A stretch of 64,000 nt of DNA. Source: Methanobacteriota archaeon (GTDB lineage Archaea; Thermoplasmatota; Poseidoniia; Poseidoniales; Thalassarchaeaceae). Below the pieces are notes generated by a model. The model was not told the origin of the DNA and ran no database searches. It worked only from the letters and a program-made list of their open reading frames with translations. Of this stretch, positions 49,594 to 59,210 are shown one piece after another (position 1 is the first letter of the stretch; the number at the start of each line of letters is the position of its first letter). Made by a program: the position numbers and the translations under genes. The DNA lies in the NCBI GenBank assembly GCA_002698225.1, contig NZWD01000004.1:20090-84089 (forward strand), given 5' to 3'.

Positions 49594-50811
49594 TCAGCCC
49601 CACAATACAGCCTTTACCGCGCGCCTAGCAAGCGATCTGAATTCCGGCACATCACGAAGCATCCGTAATCCCAGAGGTATAGGATTCTCAATCTCTCCGA
49701 CCTCGTTGATTAGTTCTGTAACCTCAGGCTTGGACCATACTGAGAACACTTCATCCAACTCCTCGTCATTCATCTGTGTCAGGAACGCATCTCTGAGAGC
49801 TTTGGCTCTCAGTTGGTCTTTACGAACTGGCTCAAGCACTTTTTTCATCATTGATTCCATGTCCGACTGAGATAGTAAATTCTGAACCCTATTTAGTAAG
49901 ATGGGGGCTGTATTTTCCACATGGATAAACCCGGGCCCAATCCCTCCCCCGGTTGTTGGCTTGCATAGGCCAGCAGCATCACCAAATAACACCACTCGGC
50001 CCTTGACAGGGCGACTGACTAAGCCACTTGGTACTGGTCCACAGAATCGTCCAACTTCTCTGCATCCAGTGAACCTCCTAGACCACAGAGGACTCTTCCT
50101 TAGAGTATCGAGGAGTTGCTCAGGAGATCTACCTTCCATCATGTCCGCTTTGCTCCATGTACCTATCCTTGTAGTATCTCCAGACGGAATGGCCCAGGCG
50201 AAGAACCCTGGAGAAATCTCTGAGCCAGTATACATGTCAAGCCTGCCCTCTTCACCTACATAGCCGGTTACCTCAATCTGAAATCCAACCATCATCTCCT
50301 TAGGCCGGCCCATTCTGAAGTTTCGTCGGACCCAAGAATGGGCACCATCAGCACCGCAAAGCATCAAACATCGAACACTGACATCTCCTGTTGGAGTAGT
50401 GATTGTAACATTAACTCCAGCCTCATCTTGTTCGGCGGCAAACGGAGTGCTAGATAGCCAGAGATCAGCTCCCGCATCCAGTGCGGAATCAATTACTGCC
50501 TCATCAAACATCTTTCTACAAACGCTCCAAGTCCTGATTAAATCAGGAGAGCCGATTGATACTTCTTCACCGGAAGGGCTGTGAATTCTAGCACCCCAAA
50601 TGGGGGTGAGAACAGTGTCGGTCAATCCTACTAATTCCATGGCCTTTGGATTGACTAGTCCTGCGCATTGGAAGGGCCTTCCAATCTGTGCATGCTCCTC
50701 GACTATCAGAACTGTAGAACCGCCTTCGCATAGTCGTCTAGCCAGTAATCCACCTACCGGACCCGCACCGATTACCACGAAGTCGTAATCCATACATGTG
50801 CCTCTAGGCAT
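49594..50811 (-). CDS. geranylgeranyl reductase family flavoprotein (digeranylgeranylglycerophospholipid reductase-like)
   Basis: 'DYDFVVIGAGPVGGLLARRL' FAD-binding motif; ~400 aa, typical of archaeal GGR. Confidence 0.8.
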   Translation of the reverse strand: MPRGTCMDYDFVVIGAGPVGGLLARRLCEGGSTVLIVEEHAQIGRPFQCAGLVNPKAMELVGLTDTVLTPIWGARIHSPSGEEVSIGSPDLIRTWSVCRKMFDEAVIDSALDAGADLWLSSTPFAAEQDEAGVNVTITTPTGDVSVRCLMLCGADGAHSWVRRNFRMGRPKEMMVGFQIEVTGYVGEEGRLDMYTGSEISPGFFAWAIPSGDTTRIGTWSKADMMEGRSPEQLLDTLRKSPLWSRRFTGCREVGRFCGPVPSGLVSRPVKGRVVLFGDAAGLCKPTTGGGIGPGFIHVENTAPILLNRVQNLLSQSDMESMMKKVLEPVRKDQLRAKALRDAFLTQMNDEELDEVFSVWSKPEVTELINEVGEIENPIPLGLRMLRDVPEFRSLARRAVKAVLWG

Positions 50812-50840
50812 CAGTTATTGAGTCCTGCCCAGTATAGCGA

Positions 50841-53111
50841 TTAGGAATTCTTCTTTCTACGACGGCCCCGGGAACGACCCTTAATCTTCGAGATTATCGT
50901 ACTGGCATCATTTTTTGTCAATTCCGAGATGTCCCTAGCACCGACTATTGTCAACAACTCAGAGATTTGCTTGTCATTTTGCTCGGCGAGTTTCCCAATC
51001 AAGTCTACCTGCGACTCTGTCGCAGGGAGTTCTTTGGACTTCTCAATCAGGGTCCCTATGAGCTCGCTTGCTGTCCCCGAACCTCCACCAGTTAGGGCGG
51101 AAATGTCACTGACACCTGCCATCTCAAGTACACCATCCAATCCAATACCAATCTGGTCTGCTAATTTCAAGATGAGAGCACTCTGTTTCTCACTTGGAGG
51201 GTAGCCTACTGTATCACCAATCTCCTTTAGTCTGTCAATGATTACACGCGCCTCATCACCAGTAATTTCGTCTACCGTTTTGGAAGACATTACTTCATCA
51301 ATCAATTCAGGCTGAAGGTGAACCAAGCGAGATTCAATCAGTGCTCTCTGGCGTGGCGTGGCTGTCTTCTTTCTGATATCTAGGGCGTTATTGTGCATGT
51401 CTCTGAATTGGATGACGAATGAATCCCAAATCTCAGGGCCGTTCTGAGTTCCGTTCTCGACTAAATCCAAGTTTCCTTCCATCTTCGAAGTGAAATTGGG
51501 CGTGAAGAGACCATAATCTTCATCTTGATTATTGTAGAAAGGAACTACATCAAGCCATAACATTCGCCCGTCATTAGTAGGTTTCAGAGAACCCCCATCT
51601 GACTCTACATATCCTCTTCCCGTAAGTTTCAGAATGGTACTGACATAGGTAGATGGGCGGCCAATCTCGGCTTTCTTCATGGCTTGAACAATTGAACTCT
51701 CTGTGTACCGCCCAGGTGGCTTTGTATGATCTGTAACCATCTTCGGACTTTCGTCATTTTTCTCAATCGGCCAGTTTGCTTGTTCCTCCAATGCTCCCGC
51801 GGGAGGTGTTGTACGGACATTGGAGTTGAATTGATCGAATACGGTTTCCCAACCACTGTGTGTTCTCCATGAGGCGGTTCCTCTGAGAGATTTAACGCAG
51901 TCGGGAACCATTGCTTCTAACTCGCGCCTCTCTCTGATAGACTGAGACATTTGACTTGCAGCGAAACGAGCCCAAATGAGGGAGTATAATCTCTTCTCAT
52001 CAGCTGAGGCATTAATGGATAAGACATCTGGCTTACTTGGCCTGATGGCCTCGTGAGCATCTTGTACATTCGCCTTACTATTGACATCCTTTCCGACCAC
52101 GCCCTTACCTAGATGTTCTTCTCCATATTTGTCCCTAATGAATTGCCTGACAGCCTTACGTGCGTCTGGATTAGTCCTAGTAGAATCAGTCCTGATGTAG
52201 GTCACGAAACCAGACTGATACAGGGATGAAGCGATACGACTAGTCTTGGAAACAGACCACCCAAGTGTTGAGTTACCGGCTTGTAACATTGTATCGGTAG
52301 TGAAGGGCGGCTTTGGATTTCTTTTAGTAATCCCTTCTTTTACAGATGTAATTACCAGAGAATCTGAAGAAGTAATGGCGTCAAAAGTTGATGTTGCTAG
52401 GTCGCTGTCAGAGGTCCTATCGGCCCTATGTTTTCCAGAGTCGTCGAACCAGGCATCAGCTTCTCCCTTCTCATGAAATCTAACATTGAACTTAATCCCG
52501 TGACTACTTGCATGTACGCTATGATATTCTATGGGGACATGAGCCTCTCTTTCGATCTCTCTTTCGACTATGAAGCCCAAAGTGGGAGTTTGGACGCGAC
52601 CCATGGAGGTTAGTCTCCATGACTTACTGAATCTTGAGCATCTGTAACCAACCAGCCTATCCATGAACCGCCTAACTTTGGCAGCATCAACTAGGTTAGA
52701 ATTTATGCCGCTGGGGTTTGATATTGATTCCGATACAGCGGATTTGGTGATCTCGTTGAAAGTCACTCGATTTACTATGGGAAACTCGGAGAATAGTATG
52801 CTTAGTCTCCAAGCGATGAACTCTCCTTCTCTGTCAGGATCAGTTGCAATATAGACTTCCTCAACATCAGATTTTCGTGCCTTAGCTAGAATTTTATCGA
52901 TTACTCTCTGAGCACCATCAGTCCAGTCCCATGGGGGATCAGGTAACTCTCCTTTGTTAGCAGCCCACATAGCCTTTGAGCGCTGCTTCGAGCCGTTACC
53001 AGAGGGGAGATCCTGAACATGTCCATTACACGCTTCGACGATCCATCCCTTACCCAAGTAGCCCTTGACGGTTCGTGCCTTCGCACCCGATTCAAGAATC
53101 ATCAACTTCAT
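50841..53111 (-). CDS. topA: DNA topoisomerase, type IA
   Basis: Toprim N-terminus 'LMILESGAKARTV', type IA core domains, and C-terminal helix-hairpin-helix-like repeats ('ISALTGGGSG...', 'ISELTKND...'). Confidence 0.9.
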   Translation of the reverse strand: MKLMILESGAKARTVKGYLGKGWIVEACNGHVQDLPSGNGSKQRSKAMWAANKGELPDPPWDWTDGAQRVIDKILAKARKSDVEEVYIATDPDREGEFIAWRLSILFSEFPIVNRVTFNEITKSAVSESISNPSGINSNLVDAAKVRRFMDRLVGYRCSRFSKSWRLTSMGRVQTPTLGFIVEREIEREAHVPIEYHSVHASSHGIKFNVRFHEKGEADAWFDDSGKHRADRTSDSDLATSTFDAITSSDSLVITSVKEGITKRNPKPPFTTDTMLQAGNSTLGWSVSKTSRIASSLYQSGFVTYIRTDSTRTNPDARKAVRQFIRDKYGEEHLGKGVVGKDVNSKANVQDAHEAIRPSKPDVLSINASADEKRLYSLIWARFAASQMSQSIRERRELEAMVPDCVKSLRGTASWRTHSGWETVFDQFNSNVRTTPPAGALEEQANWPIEKNDESPKMVTDHTKPPGRYTESSIVQAMKKAEIGRPSTYVSTILKLTGRGYVESDGGSLKPTNDGRMLWLDVVPFYNNQDEDYGLFTPNFTSKMEGNLDLVENGTQNGPEIWDSFVIQFRDMHNNALDIRKKTATPRQRALIESRLVHLQPELIDEVMSSKTVDEITGDEARVIIDRLKEIGDTVGYPPSEKQSALILKLADQIGIGLDGVLEMAGVSDISALTGGGSGTASELIGTLIEKSKELPATESQVDLIGKLAEQNDKQISELLTIVGARDISELTKNDASTIISKIKGRSRGRRRKKNS

Positions 53112-53215
53112 GCCGCCATCCTCACCAGTATGTCATTTGCAGACTCAACTGGCTGAATGCAGCGCCGACTCCGACCCTGTATAAACATGAGTGGCGAGTG
53201 ATTGACGACAACGCC

Positions 53216-53235
53216 CGCACGAGCGCGCGCGTGCG
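53216..53235. other. GC-only hairpin (CGCACG-AGCGCGCG-CGTGCG) in the intergenic region
   Basis: Read directly: a 6-bp stem with an 8-nt alternating GC loop, 11 nt downstream of the stop of the minus-strand gene 53246..53656 and about 100 nt upstream of the topA start. Confidence 0.25.
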
Positions 53236-53245
53236 CGAAGCGGAA

Positions 53246-53656
53246 CTATGCTAACCTACCTCTTGAAGCCACTTCATCCCAAGCAATCTCTGCGGCAGGA
53301 CCGGCACATCCAACGCATCCAGGATAGCCAGCCTCAGCAAGCTCCAGCATTGTTCTGAGATACCTATCCCACATGTTCGAGATATCTCCCGGAATCCAGA
53401 CTTCATCCATCGAAGAGGGTTCTGAGCCACTGAAGATTCCTCCAGGTGAGTCAGTTAGACAAACAGAAATATCATCCTCACAATATTCAAACAATTTGAA
53501 TTCAATCATCAGCGCTGCCGACGCATCACTAAGTGAAGTTGAGATATCATCGATATCAATGCCGTGGTCGATACTCGCCTTGTAGATTACATGGGTGCTA
53601 CGCAAGGTCCTTCGAGCCAGTTCGCTAATCGCTGCAGCCTCAAATGTGGTACGCAC
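53246..53656 (-). CDS. hypothetical protein
   Basis: 136-aa acidic protein with a C-terminal 'CVGCAG' segment. Confidence 0.35.
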   Translation of the reverse strand: MRTTFEAAAISELARRTLRSTHVIYKASIDHGIDIDDISTSLSDASAALMIEFKLFEYCEDDISVCLTDSPGGIFSGSEPSSMDEVWIPGDISNMWDRYLRTMLELAEAGYPGCVGCAGPAAEIAWDEVASRGRLA

Positions 53657-53709
53657 AGACCTGCGATGCTACGCAACGCTTGAAGTGTACCTCTCTGCGC
53701 ATTCGCTCG

Positions 53710-54813
53710 ATGGGCCTACCCTACAGCGTCTTCGTTAGGCCCATGCTGAGTTTCGTCGATTCAGAGACAGCACACTCGATTTCAATGAGAGCATTGAGTG
53801 GCTTCGGACAGAGTAGAGTAGGTCAGAGGATTCTCAGTACAGTATACAATTCACCAGAGTTGCCGATACATGTATTTGGACGCCTCTTTCACCATCCCTT
53901 GGGTCTAGCAGCAGGGTTTGACAAAGGGGCCGAGGCATTATCAGCATGGCCATCCCTGGGGTTCTCTTGGATAGAATACGGTGGAGTAACTAGATTCCCT
54001 CAGGAAGGTAATCCTAAGCCAAGAATGTTCAGATCAAACAAACACGGAGCCCTCGTGAATAGGATGGGATTCAACAACCCAGGTGCAACGGAAGTTCGAG
54101 ACAGGCTGATTGAGAGAAGAGCATCCGGGAAGTGGCCAAAGACACCAGTAGCTGCTAATATTGGGCGGTCGAAGAAGACTCCAAATGAGAGTGCAGCGAG
54201 TGACTACTCACAGACTCTTGAGATGTTATGGAATCATGCAGACATGTTCGTGCTGAATATCTCTTCTCCGAATACTCCTGGTTTGAGAGATTTAGCAGAT
54301 GCTGATTACCTCTCTTCAATAGTCACTGAGTGCAGACTTATGGCTGAGAGGAAGGGAGGGGGGAAGCCATTACTGGTCAAAGTCTCTCCAGATGCAAGCA
54401 ATGAGGAAATTCTATCCTCAGCACATTCTGCACTCAGATCGGGAGCTGATGGATTAGTAGCGATTAACACATCAATGCATAGACCCGTACCTAGGAATGC
54501 TGCTTCGAGAGGAGTATTCGCCGAGGCCGGTGGAATCTCGGGAAGACCTCTCCAAAATAGATCAAAGGAAGTGATATCGTTGTTGTACTCAGAAGTCGGA
54601 GATTCCATTCCCATAGTTGGAGTGGGAGGGATTGAGTCGCCCGATACTGCTTGGGAAGCAATCACATCCGGTGCTTCTCTAATCCAACTGTATTCGGCTC
54701 TAGTTTTCAGAGGACCTTCAGTTGTCAGCACCATTGTAAGGGGCCTCAAGAAGAAGGTCAAGCAGCACGGCTTCGTAGGTTTAGAAGAGGCAGTTGGATA
54801 TGAGATGCCGTGA
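53710..54813 (+). CDS. pyrD: dihydroorotate dehydrogenase, class 2 (quinone-dependent) type
   Basis: N-terminal extension before the TIM barrel, then 'LGLAAGFDKG', 'NISSPNTPGLR' and 'GVGGI'. The start is placed at the ATG at 53710; the ORF extends to 53644. Confidence 0.85.
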   Translation: MGLPYSVFVRPMLSFVDSETAHSISMRALSGFGQSRVGQRILSTVYNSPELPIHVFGRLFHHPLGLAAGFDKGAEALSAWPSLGFSWIEYGGVTRFPQEGNPKPRMFRSNKHGALVNRMGFNNPGATEVRDRLIERRASGKWPKTPVAANIGRSKKTPNESAASDYSQTLEMLWNHADMFVLNISSPNTPGLRDLADADYLSSIVTECRLMAERKGGGKPLLVKVSPDASNEEILSSAHSALRSGADGLVAINTSMHRPVPRNAASRGVFAEAGGISGRPLQNRSKEVISLLYSEVGDSIPIVGVGGIESPDTAWEAITSGASLIQLYSALVFRGPSVVSTIVRGLKKKVKQHGFVGLEEAVGYEMP

Positions 54814-54858
54814 CATGAGTATGGAAACTCTATTCAATACCAATCACTAGTTCGCATC

Positions 54859-55236
54859 ATGGCAGGGACAAGGGCGTCTAGACTAGGGTTGGTGGCCGTC
54901 TGCATGGCCATTCTGGTTACTCTAATGTTTGTCAGTGTAGATCCAGAAACTCAGTATTATATTGATGAGGTAATGGATTCGCCCGAAGGTCATGAGGGGG
55001 AAGTCCATTTGAGAGGGCAGGTCGAGCCTGGCTCAATAAATTCCTCCTCCACTTCATTCATACTCATCGGACTAGAACACGCTCTCAGAATCGATTTCTC
55101 TAGGGCGGCAATACCTGACGGCTTTGATGAGGGAAACACAATAGCCGTAAAGGGACAACTAGTCAATGAAGAGGGAAGCTGGATACTTATGGCCTATGAA
55201 ATTCAAACTGGTTGCCCATCTAAGTACTCAGAGTAG
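54859..55236 (+). CDS. membrane-anchored OB-fold protein, CcmE-like (tentative)
   Basis: N-terminal TM helix followed by an OB-fold-like segment ('HLRGQVEPGSI...FILIG...IAVKGQL') resembling CcmE/CycJ. No other ccm genes are nearby. Confidence 0.35.
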   Translation: MAGTRASRLGLVAVCMAILVTLMFVSVDPETQYYIDEVMDSPEGHEGEVHLRGQVEPGSINSSSTSFILIGLEHALRIDFSRAAIPDGFDEGNTIAVKGQLVNEEGSWILMAYEIQTGCPSKYSE

Positions 55237-55293
55237 CAGATATCTTCTGTTTACTATGAGGGATTCGTTGATATGGGGTGATTGAGCGGTCAA

Positions 55294-55603
55294 TACGGGC
55301 TAGGGGGGGTGTTGACGTGCTCTGTTTTCCTCAAATCGTCGATAAAGGGGGCCTGAAGTCCGAGGGCGGCGCAGACGAGCCATTGGTGTCTCACCGGTTA
55401 ACGTCGATGCCTCGCCCCCAAGAGATCCAGGTTGGCTGGAATCGTTTCCGGAGGGGAACAAGGACAGCCTCATGCCCGGGAACCAGGTCAGGCGCGGAAG
55501 CGAGCAACCCGACCGGGGACACTGGATGCCTTGGGATAGCGGGGCGGAGGAGATCGGTGACTTACATCTTTGGTGACGAGCGTCCACCGAGGACGCGCCC
55601 ACT
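55294..55603 (+). ncRNA. signal recognition particle RNA (7S/SRP RNA)
   Basis: 'CCAGGUCAGGCGCGGAAGCGAGCAACC' matches the universally conserved helix-8 SRP54-binding motif (GGUCAGG..CGGAAG.GAGCA). 5' GGGC...GACGUGCUC pairs with 3' GAGCGUC...GCCC. The region is GC-rich and intergenic, and only mutually overlapping Arg-rich ORFs lie across it. Confidence 0.75.
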
Positions 55604-56075
55604 ACAATGAAGATGGGTCGAGACCACCCATACCACATACAGTCTCGAAATGCTGTTCTGAAACAGGCTGTACAGACAATCTCTGACCCCTCTGGAGCAG
55701 CGGCATTCCATTGAGTTCCGGATTTTCTCTCATGTCTCCTAGGGGGACTGTATCAGGTAATTGTTCAACTGCTTCTATGTCCACCATCATCCATCTTGGA
55801 TTGTCGGGAGATGACTTTGGGTCGAAGTAGTTTGAATCAGTGTCGAGTGCGGTGAAATCTGGATATGCTTCACGACACACTCTGGCTACTCCAGCTACAT
55901 GTGGTGGTTTGCAGTTTGAGTGGTAGAATAGAACAAAATCCCCTACTTTCATATCATCTCTCATGATATTCCTAGCCTGATAGTTCCTTACTCCATCCCA
56001 ATGCGTTTCTCCGTCACTTACGAGTTGTTCCCACGGATACACATGCGGTTCACTCTTCATCAGCCAGAATGCCAT
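55602..56075 (-). CDS. EVE (PUA-like) domain protein
   Basis: 'FWLMKSEP...GVRNYQARNIMRDDMKVGDFVLFYHS', the EVE-domain signature. Confidence 0.65.
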   Translation of the reverse strand: MAFWLMKSEPHVYPWEQLVSDGETHWDGVRNYQARNIMRDDMKVGDFVLFYHSNCKPPHVAGVARVCREAYPDFTALDTDSNYFDPKSSPDNPRWMMVDIEAVEQLPDTVPLGDMRENPELNGMPLLQRGQRLSVQPVSEQHFETVCGMGGLDPSSL

Positions 56076-56110
56076 TGGTCATTCGATGCACAGATGGTGC
56101 ATAATATATC

Positions 56111-59100
56111 TCACCACGCATCATCGGAGGTTCCAATTAGGAGAGTAGCGTCAATTGAGTCTACTTCGTCCTTAGCCACAGCCCGCCTGAGCCCAGCAGT
56201 TCTGACCATCGTCTCGACACCACCAGTGAGACTCACATTGGCCTTAATAAGCAGCGAGAATACTGCAGGGAGAAGCAGCAAGGCGGAGAGAGCGGCGACA
56301 ATTAGGAGCAAGATTACCACGGTGACGAATGGCTTAATCGCTTGAATCGGAATCAAATACGCCGAGAATAGTCCGAATGCAGTGACAGTCACCGCTTCGA
56401 ACAAACTCATACCGGTACTGGCACAAGCAACTCTAACGGCTTCAATCGTACCTCCTTGTTCCTTCACTCGATTTGCAATGTGGATGGAGAAATCTATGCC
56501 GACTCCGACGAGAATCGACCCTACCATCACGGTGACTAGTGAGAGCGGGACTCCTAGCGTATCCATCGCCAGCCATTGCATAGCCACGGTGAAACCGACT
56601 GGTACCGTAGTCAATAATGCGAAACGAAGGTCTCTGAACACCAGACTCAATGCTAGGATGGTAGCTAGGAGAGCAAATCCAAGAGAGGTCCATTGTGAAT
56701 CAACAATCAGGCTGTTGACAGCAATGGTCACCGAAGCCACACCGACTAGGTCCGAGGCCTTGACCCCCTCAGTTACATCGACCCAGTGATTTACTTCATT
56801 GGTGGCTTTCTCGGTGTTCTTCACATCCATGAACGGCATATCGATGTAGATCAGGCTACGATCATAGTCTGAGGAGATGAACAACTCTCTCATTTCTGTA
56901 GTCATGCTGTTGTAGAAGATGTAAATCAGGAAATTATGAGCCTGATCATCACCGGATGGAGCACCATCCAAAGCCGCGAGTGTCTCCCAGAATGATCCGT
57001 TGCCCGCAACTTCACGGCCGAAGATGAAAGCAACAACATCCTGTATTTGAGGAGGTAAAGGCCATTCTTCGAGAATGTCGACAATCGGTTGCCCGGAGAC
57101 ATTCACACCTACGGCTATAGCCTTCATCAGGAAAACTATTGATACGGCAGTAGTTTGATTCACACGGTTACAATTCTGCTCCAGCGCTTCAATCCCTTTC
57201 AGACTGTCATAGGGGTCATTTACGGTCAAGTCGAGCAGAGAAGGGTCAGCTGAGAGTTTGGCATCATCTATGAGCAGGAAGCCGGGTTGCCCGGCTTCGA
57301 ATTCATTGGAATAATCATTCATCTTATCAACCGCCATCACAGGTTTACCATCAGCTCCTTCTGAGGGGGCCATTTCCAAAAGATCGATATTTTCCTCGAC
57401 ATTATCTCTCGAGAAACCTGCTGATATCACCATAGCCACGATGAAAAACGCCAATGCTGCCTTGGTCCATTTGATTGGAACACCCACAGCGCCAACGAAT
57501 AACTTCGGGGGCGGATGCGAGGGCTTCTTGAGATCTAGAATCATGGTCAGATTAGGTACCATTACCATGGTCATGATGTACACGACCACGATACCACCCG
57601 CCAAGGCATATCCAACGGTCTTAATCGGTGCCATGGGAGTGAAAGTTAACGAGTAGAATCCAATTATCGTAGTTATTGCTGAGAGCATTACAGCCTTTCC
57701 AGTAGAGCTAAGTGCAATTTCCATCTTCTCTCTGGGAGTTCCACTCGCTTCGGCGTATCGATTAGTGATATGCAATCCATATGAGACTCCTAAGGCTAGT
57801 ACAATAGGTCCAACAATAATGACAGTCATGGTGACTTCATAGTTGGTGAATCCGATGATGCCCAATGTTATCCATACAGAACACAGAGTAGGCAGACCGG
57901 AGATGATCACCACCTTGAGGCCCTGCACCCAGCGTATCCTGCCTGTCTGCAATAGGTCGCAGTGGAATAGGAAGAGCCCGAGTGCTACGAAGAACCCCCC
58001 AATCGGGAAAACCTTCCAGAACAGTTTGAACGATTCCTCAGTCACTGCATTGGTAATTGGAACAGGACCAGTGAGAGTCATTTCCAGGTTTTTATCCTCC
58101 CACCCGTTTTGTAAGGCTAGGGCGTCTATCGATCTCTGAGTGTCCGAGATTAATTCTGATACTTCGACATCGTCAATTCCATCGCCGTCTTTGTCTGATT
58201 CGATTCCGATGATGATTACCGCTCTGTTCCATCCATGTCCTGAAGTTTCTACATCCGTAATTCCATCATCATCTGAATCGATTCCCACATCACGAACTAA
58301 CTTGTTGAGAGCGTTCTGAGGCATCTCATCCAGTATCTGATTGACACGTTGCTGATCAGGAATGCTATAACTCCCGATGATATCCTCCTGTTGGTCAATC
58401 GTATCGTTGAATTCATCAGTTAGGTCTCCATTGCCGGTAGCTTCAGCGATGGCGGCAAAAGTCGCCTTGGCCACCCTCCCAGCACTCGAATTGACTTCTT
58501 TGATTACTGTTGAAATAGAAAGGAGATAGATGATATTGTCTTCAGTTCCTCGATCGTCCCTAACATAATTCAATTCCCGTTCGATAGCATCGATCTCTTC
58601 CAGAATTTCGACTGAGGTGACATTCAAGCTTTCGGATTCGACATAGATCACCATCACATTTGTAGTCCAGTCCTCTTCGACACTAGCGAGTAGCTGTGTG
58701 ACATCATTACCTTCTGGCAGATATACCTCAAGGTCCCCATTGACATTCAGTGCACTCTCTTCACTGCAGTAATCTGGGTTATCGAAACCATCCCTACAGT
58801 CTAGAATACCTGAATGAAGGGTAAAGAATCCGGTAACAAGTAGGCAGAGAGCTACAGTAATTGCCGGCGCTCGGGTTAGCAAACTGGTACCAGAAGCGTT
58901 TGATAGATCCCTTCTTATGGCGTTAGTAATCCGCTTCAGATAGCCGGTCACCGACTCAACATCCATGTTCTCTATGGCGACTTTTCCACTATCGATCCTA
59001 GAGTCAAGATCCTCACGAAATCTGCCAATCTTACTTCCGCCAGAACCTTCTCTGGTATCGTCTCCTTCCATGTCTCGTTGCCATGTGCCCGCGGAGGGAA

Positions 59101-59116
59101 CTTCAACCCCACGCAA
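56111..59116 (-). CDS. RND-superfamily (MMPL-like) membrane exporter
   Basis: 1001 aa with two TM clusters (about 1+5 and 6 helices), each preceded by a large extracytoplasmic domain, i.e. the RND/MMPL topology. Confidence 0.65.
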   Translation of the reverse strand: MRGVEVPSAGTWQRDMEGDDTREGSGGSKIGRFREDLDSRIDSGKVAIENMDVESVTGYLKRITNAIRRDLSNASGTSLLTRAPAITVALCLLVTGFFTLHSGILDCRDGFDNPDYCSEESALNVNGDLEVYLPEGNDVTQLLASVEEDWTTNVMVIYVESESLNVTSVEILEEIDAIERELNYVRDDRGTEDNIIYLLSISTVIKEVNSSAGRVAKATFAAIAEATGNGDLTDEFNDTIDQQEDIIGSYSIPDQQRVNQILDEMPQNALNKLVRDVGIDSDDDGITDVETSGHGWNRAVIIIGIESDKDGDGIDDVEVSELISDTQRSIDALALQNGWEDKNLEMTLTGPVPITNAVTEESFKLFWKVFPIGGFFVALGLFLFHCDLLQTGRIRWVQGLKVVIISGLPTLCSVWITLGIIGFTNYEVTMTVIIVGPIVLALGVSYGLHITNRYAEASGTPREKMEIALSSTGKAVMLSAITTIIGFYSLTFTPMAPIKTVGYALAGGIVVVYIMTMVMVPNLTMILDLKKPSHPPPKLFVGAVGVPIKWTKAALAFFIVAMVISAGFSRDNVEENIDLLEMAPSEGADGKPVMAVDKMNDYSNEFEAGQPGFLLIDDAKLSADPSLLDLTVNDPYDSLKGIEALEQNCNRVNQTTAVSIVFLMKAIAVGVNVSGQPIVDILEEWPLPPQIQDVVAFIFGREVAGNGSFWETLAALDGAPSGDDQAHNFLIYIFYNSMTTEMRELFISSDYDRSLIYIDMPFMDVKNTEKATNEVNHWVDVTEGVKASDLVGVASVTIAVNSLIVDSQWTSLGFALLATILALSLVFRDLRFALLTTVPVGFTVAMQWLAMDTLGVPLSLVTVMVGSILVGVGIDFSIHIANRVKEQGGTIEAVRVACASTGMSLFEAVTVTAFGLFSAYLIPIQAIKPFVTVVILLLIVAALSALLLLPAVFSLLIKANVSLTGGVETMVRTAGLRRAVAKDEVDSIDATLLIGTSDDAW

Positions 59117-59210
59117 CTAGGATTTCACAGGATAGCGATTCCGACCCACAATAAATTGCGGGAACGGTCAAGAATGGGCTATCTCACGGAAGAGCGCGGG
59201 AAGTGATTCG

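Noticed and set aside
53176-53185. TATA-like 'TTTATA' (minus strand) as the topA promoter
   Set aside because: It lies ~65-70 nt upstream of the start codon, a plausible distance but no more than that. Without TSS data this is too weak to call.
55294-55603. RNase P RNA as an alternative identity for the structured RNA
   Set aside because: Only a weak CR-I-like 'GAAGUCCGAGGGCGGC' resemblance, and no convincing CR-IV/CR-V blocks. The SRP helix-8 consensus match is far better.
55278-55638. 110-aa (+) and 112-aa (-) ORFs across the 55.3-55.6 kb intergenic region
   Set aside because: They overlap each other on opposite strands, are Arg/Gly/Pro-rich as expected from translating GC-rich structured RNA, and the region carries the conserved SRP RNA helix-8 motif. 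I interpret it as SRP RNA, not protein-coding.
56382-56789. 135-aa plus-strand ORF
   Set aside because: Antisense to the RND/MMPL-like exporter gene; its Thr/Ser-rich composition is an artefact of the complementary hydrophobic codons.
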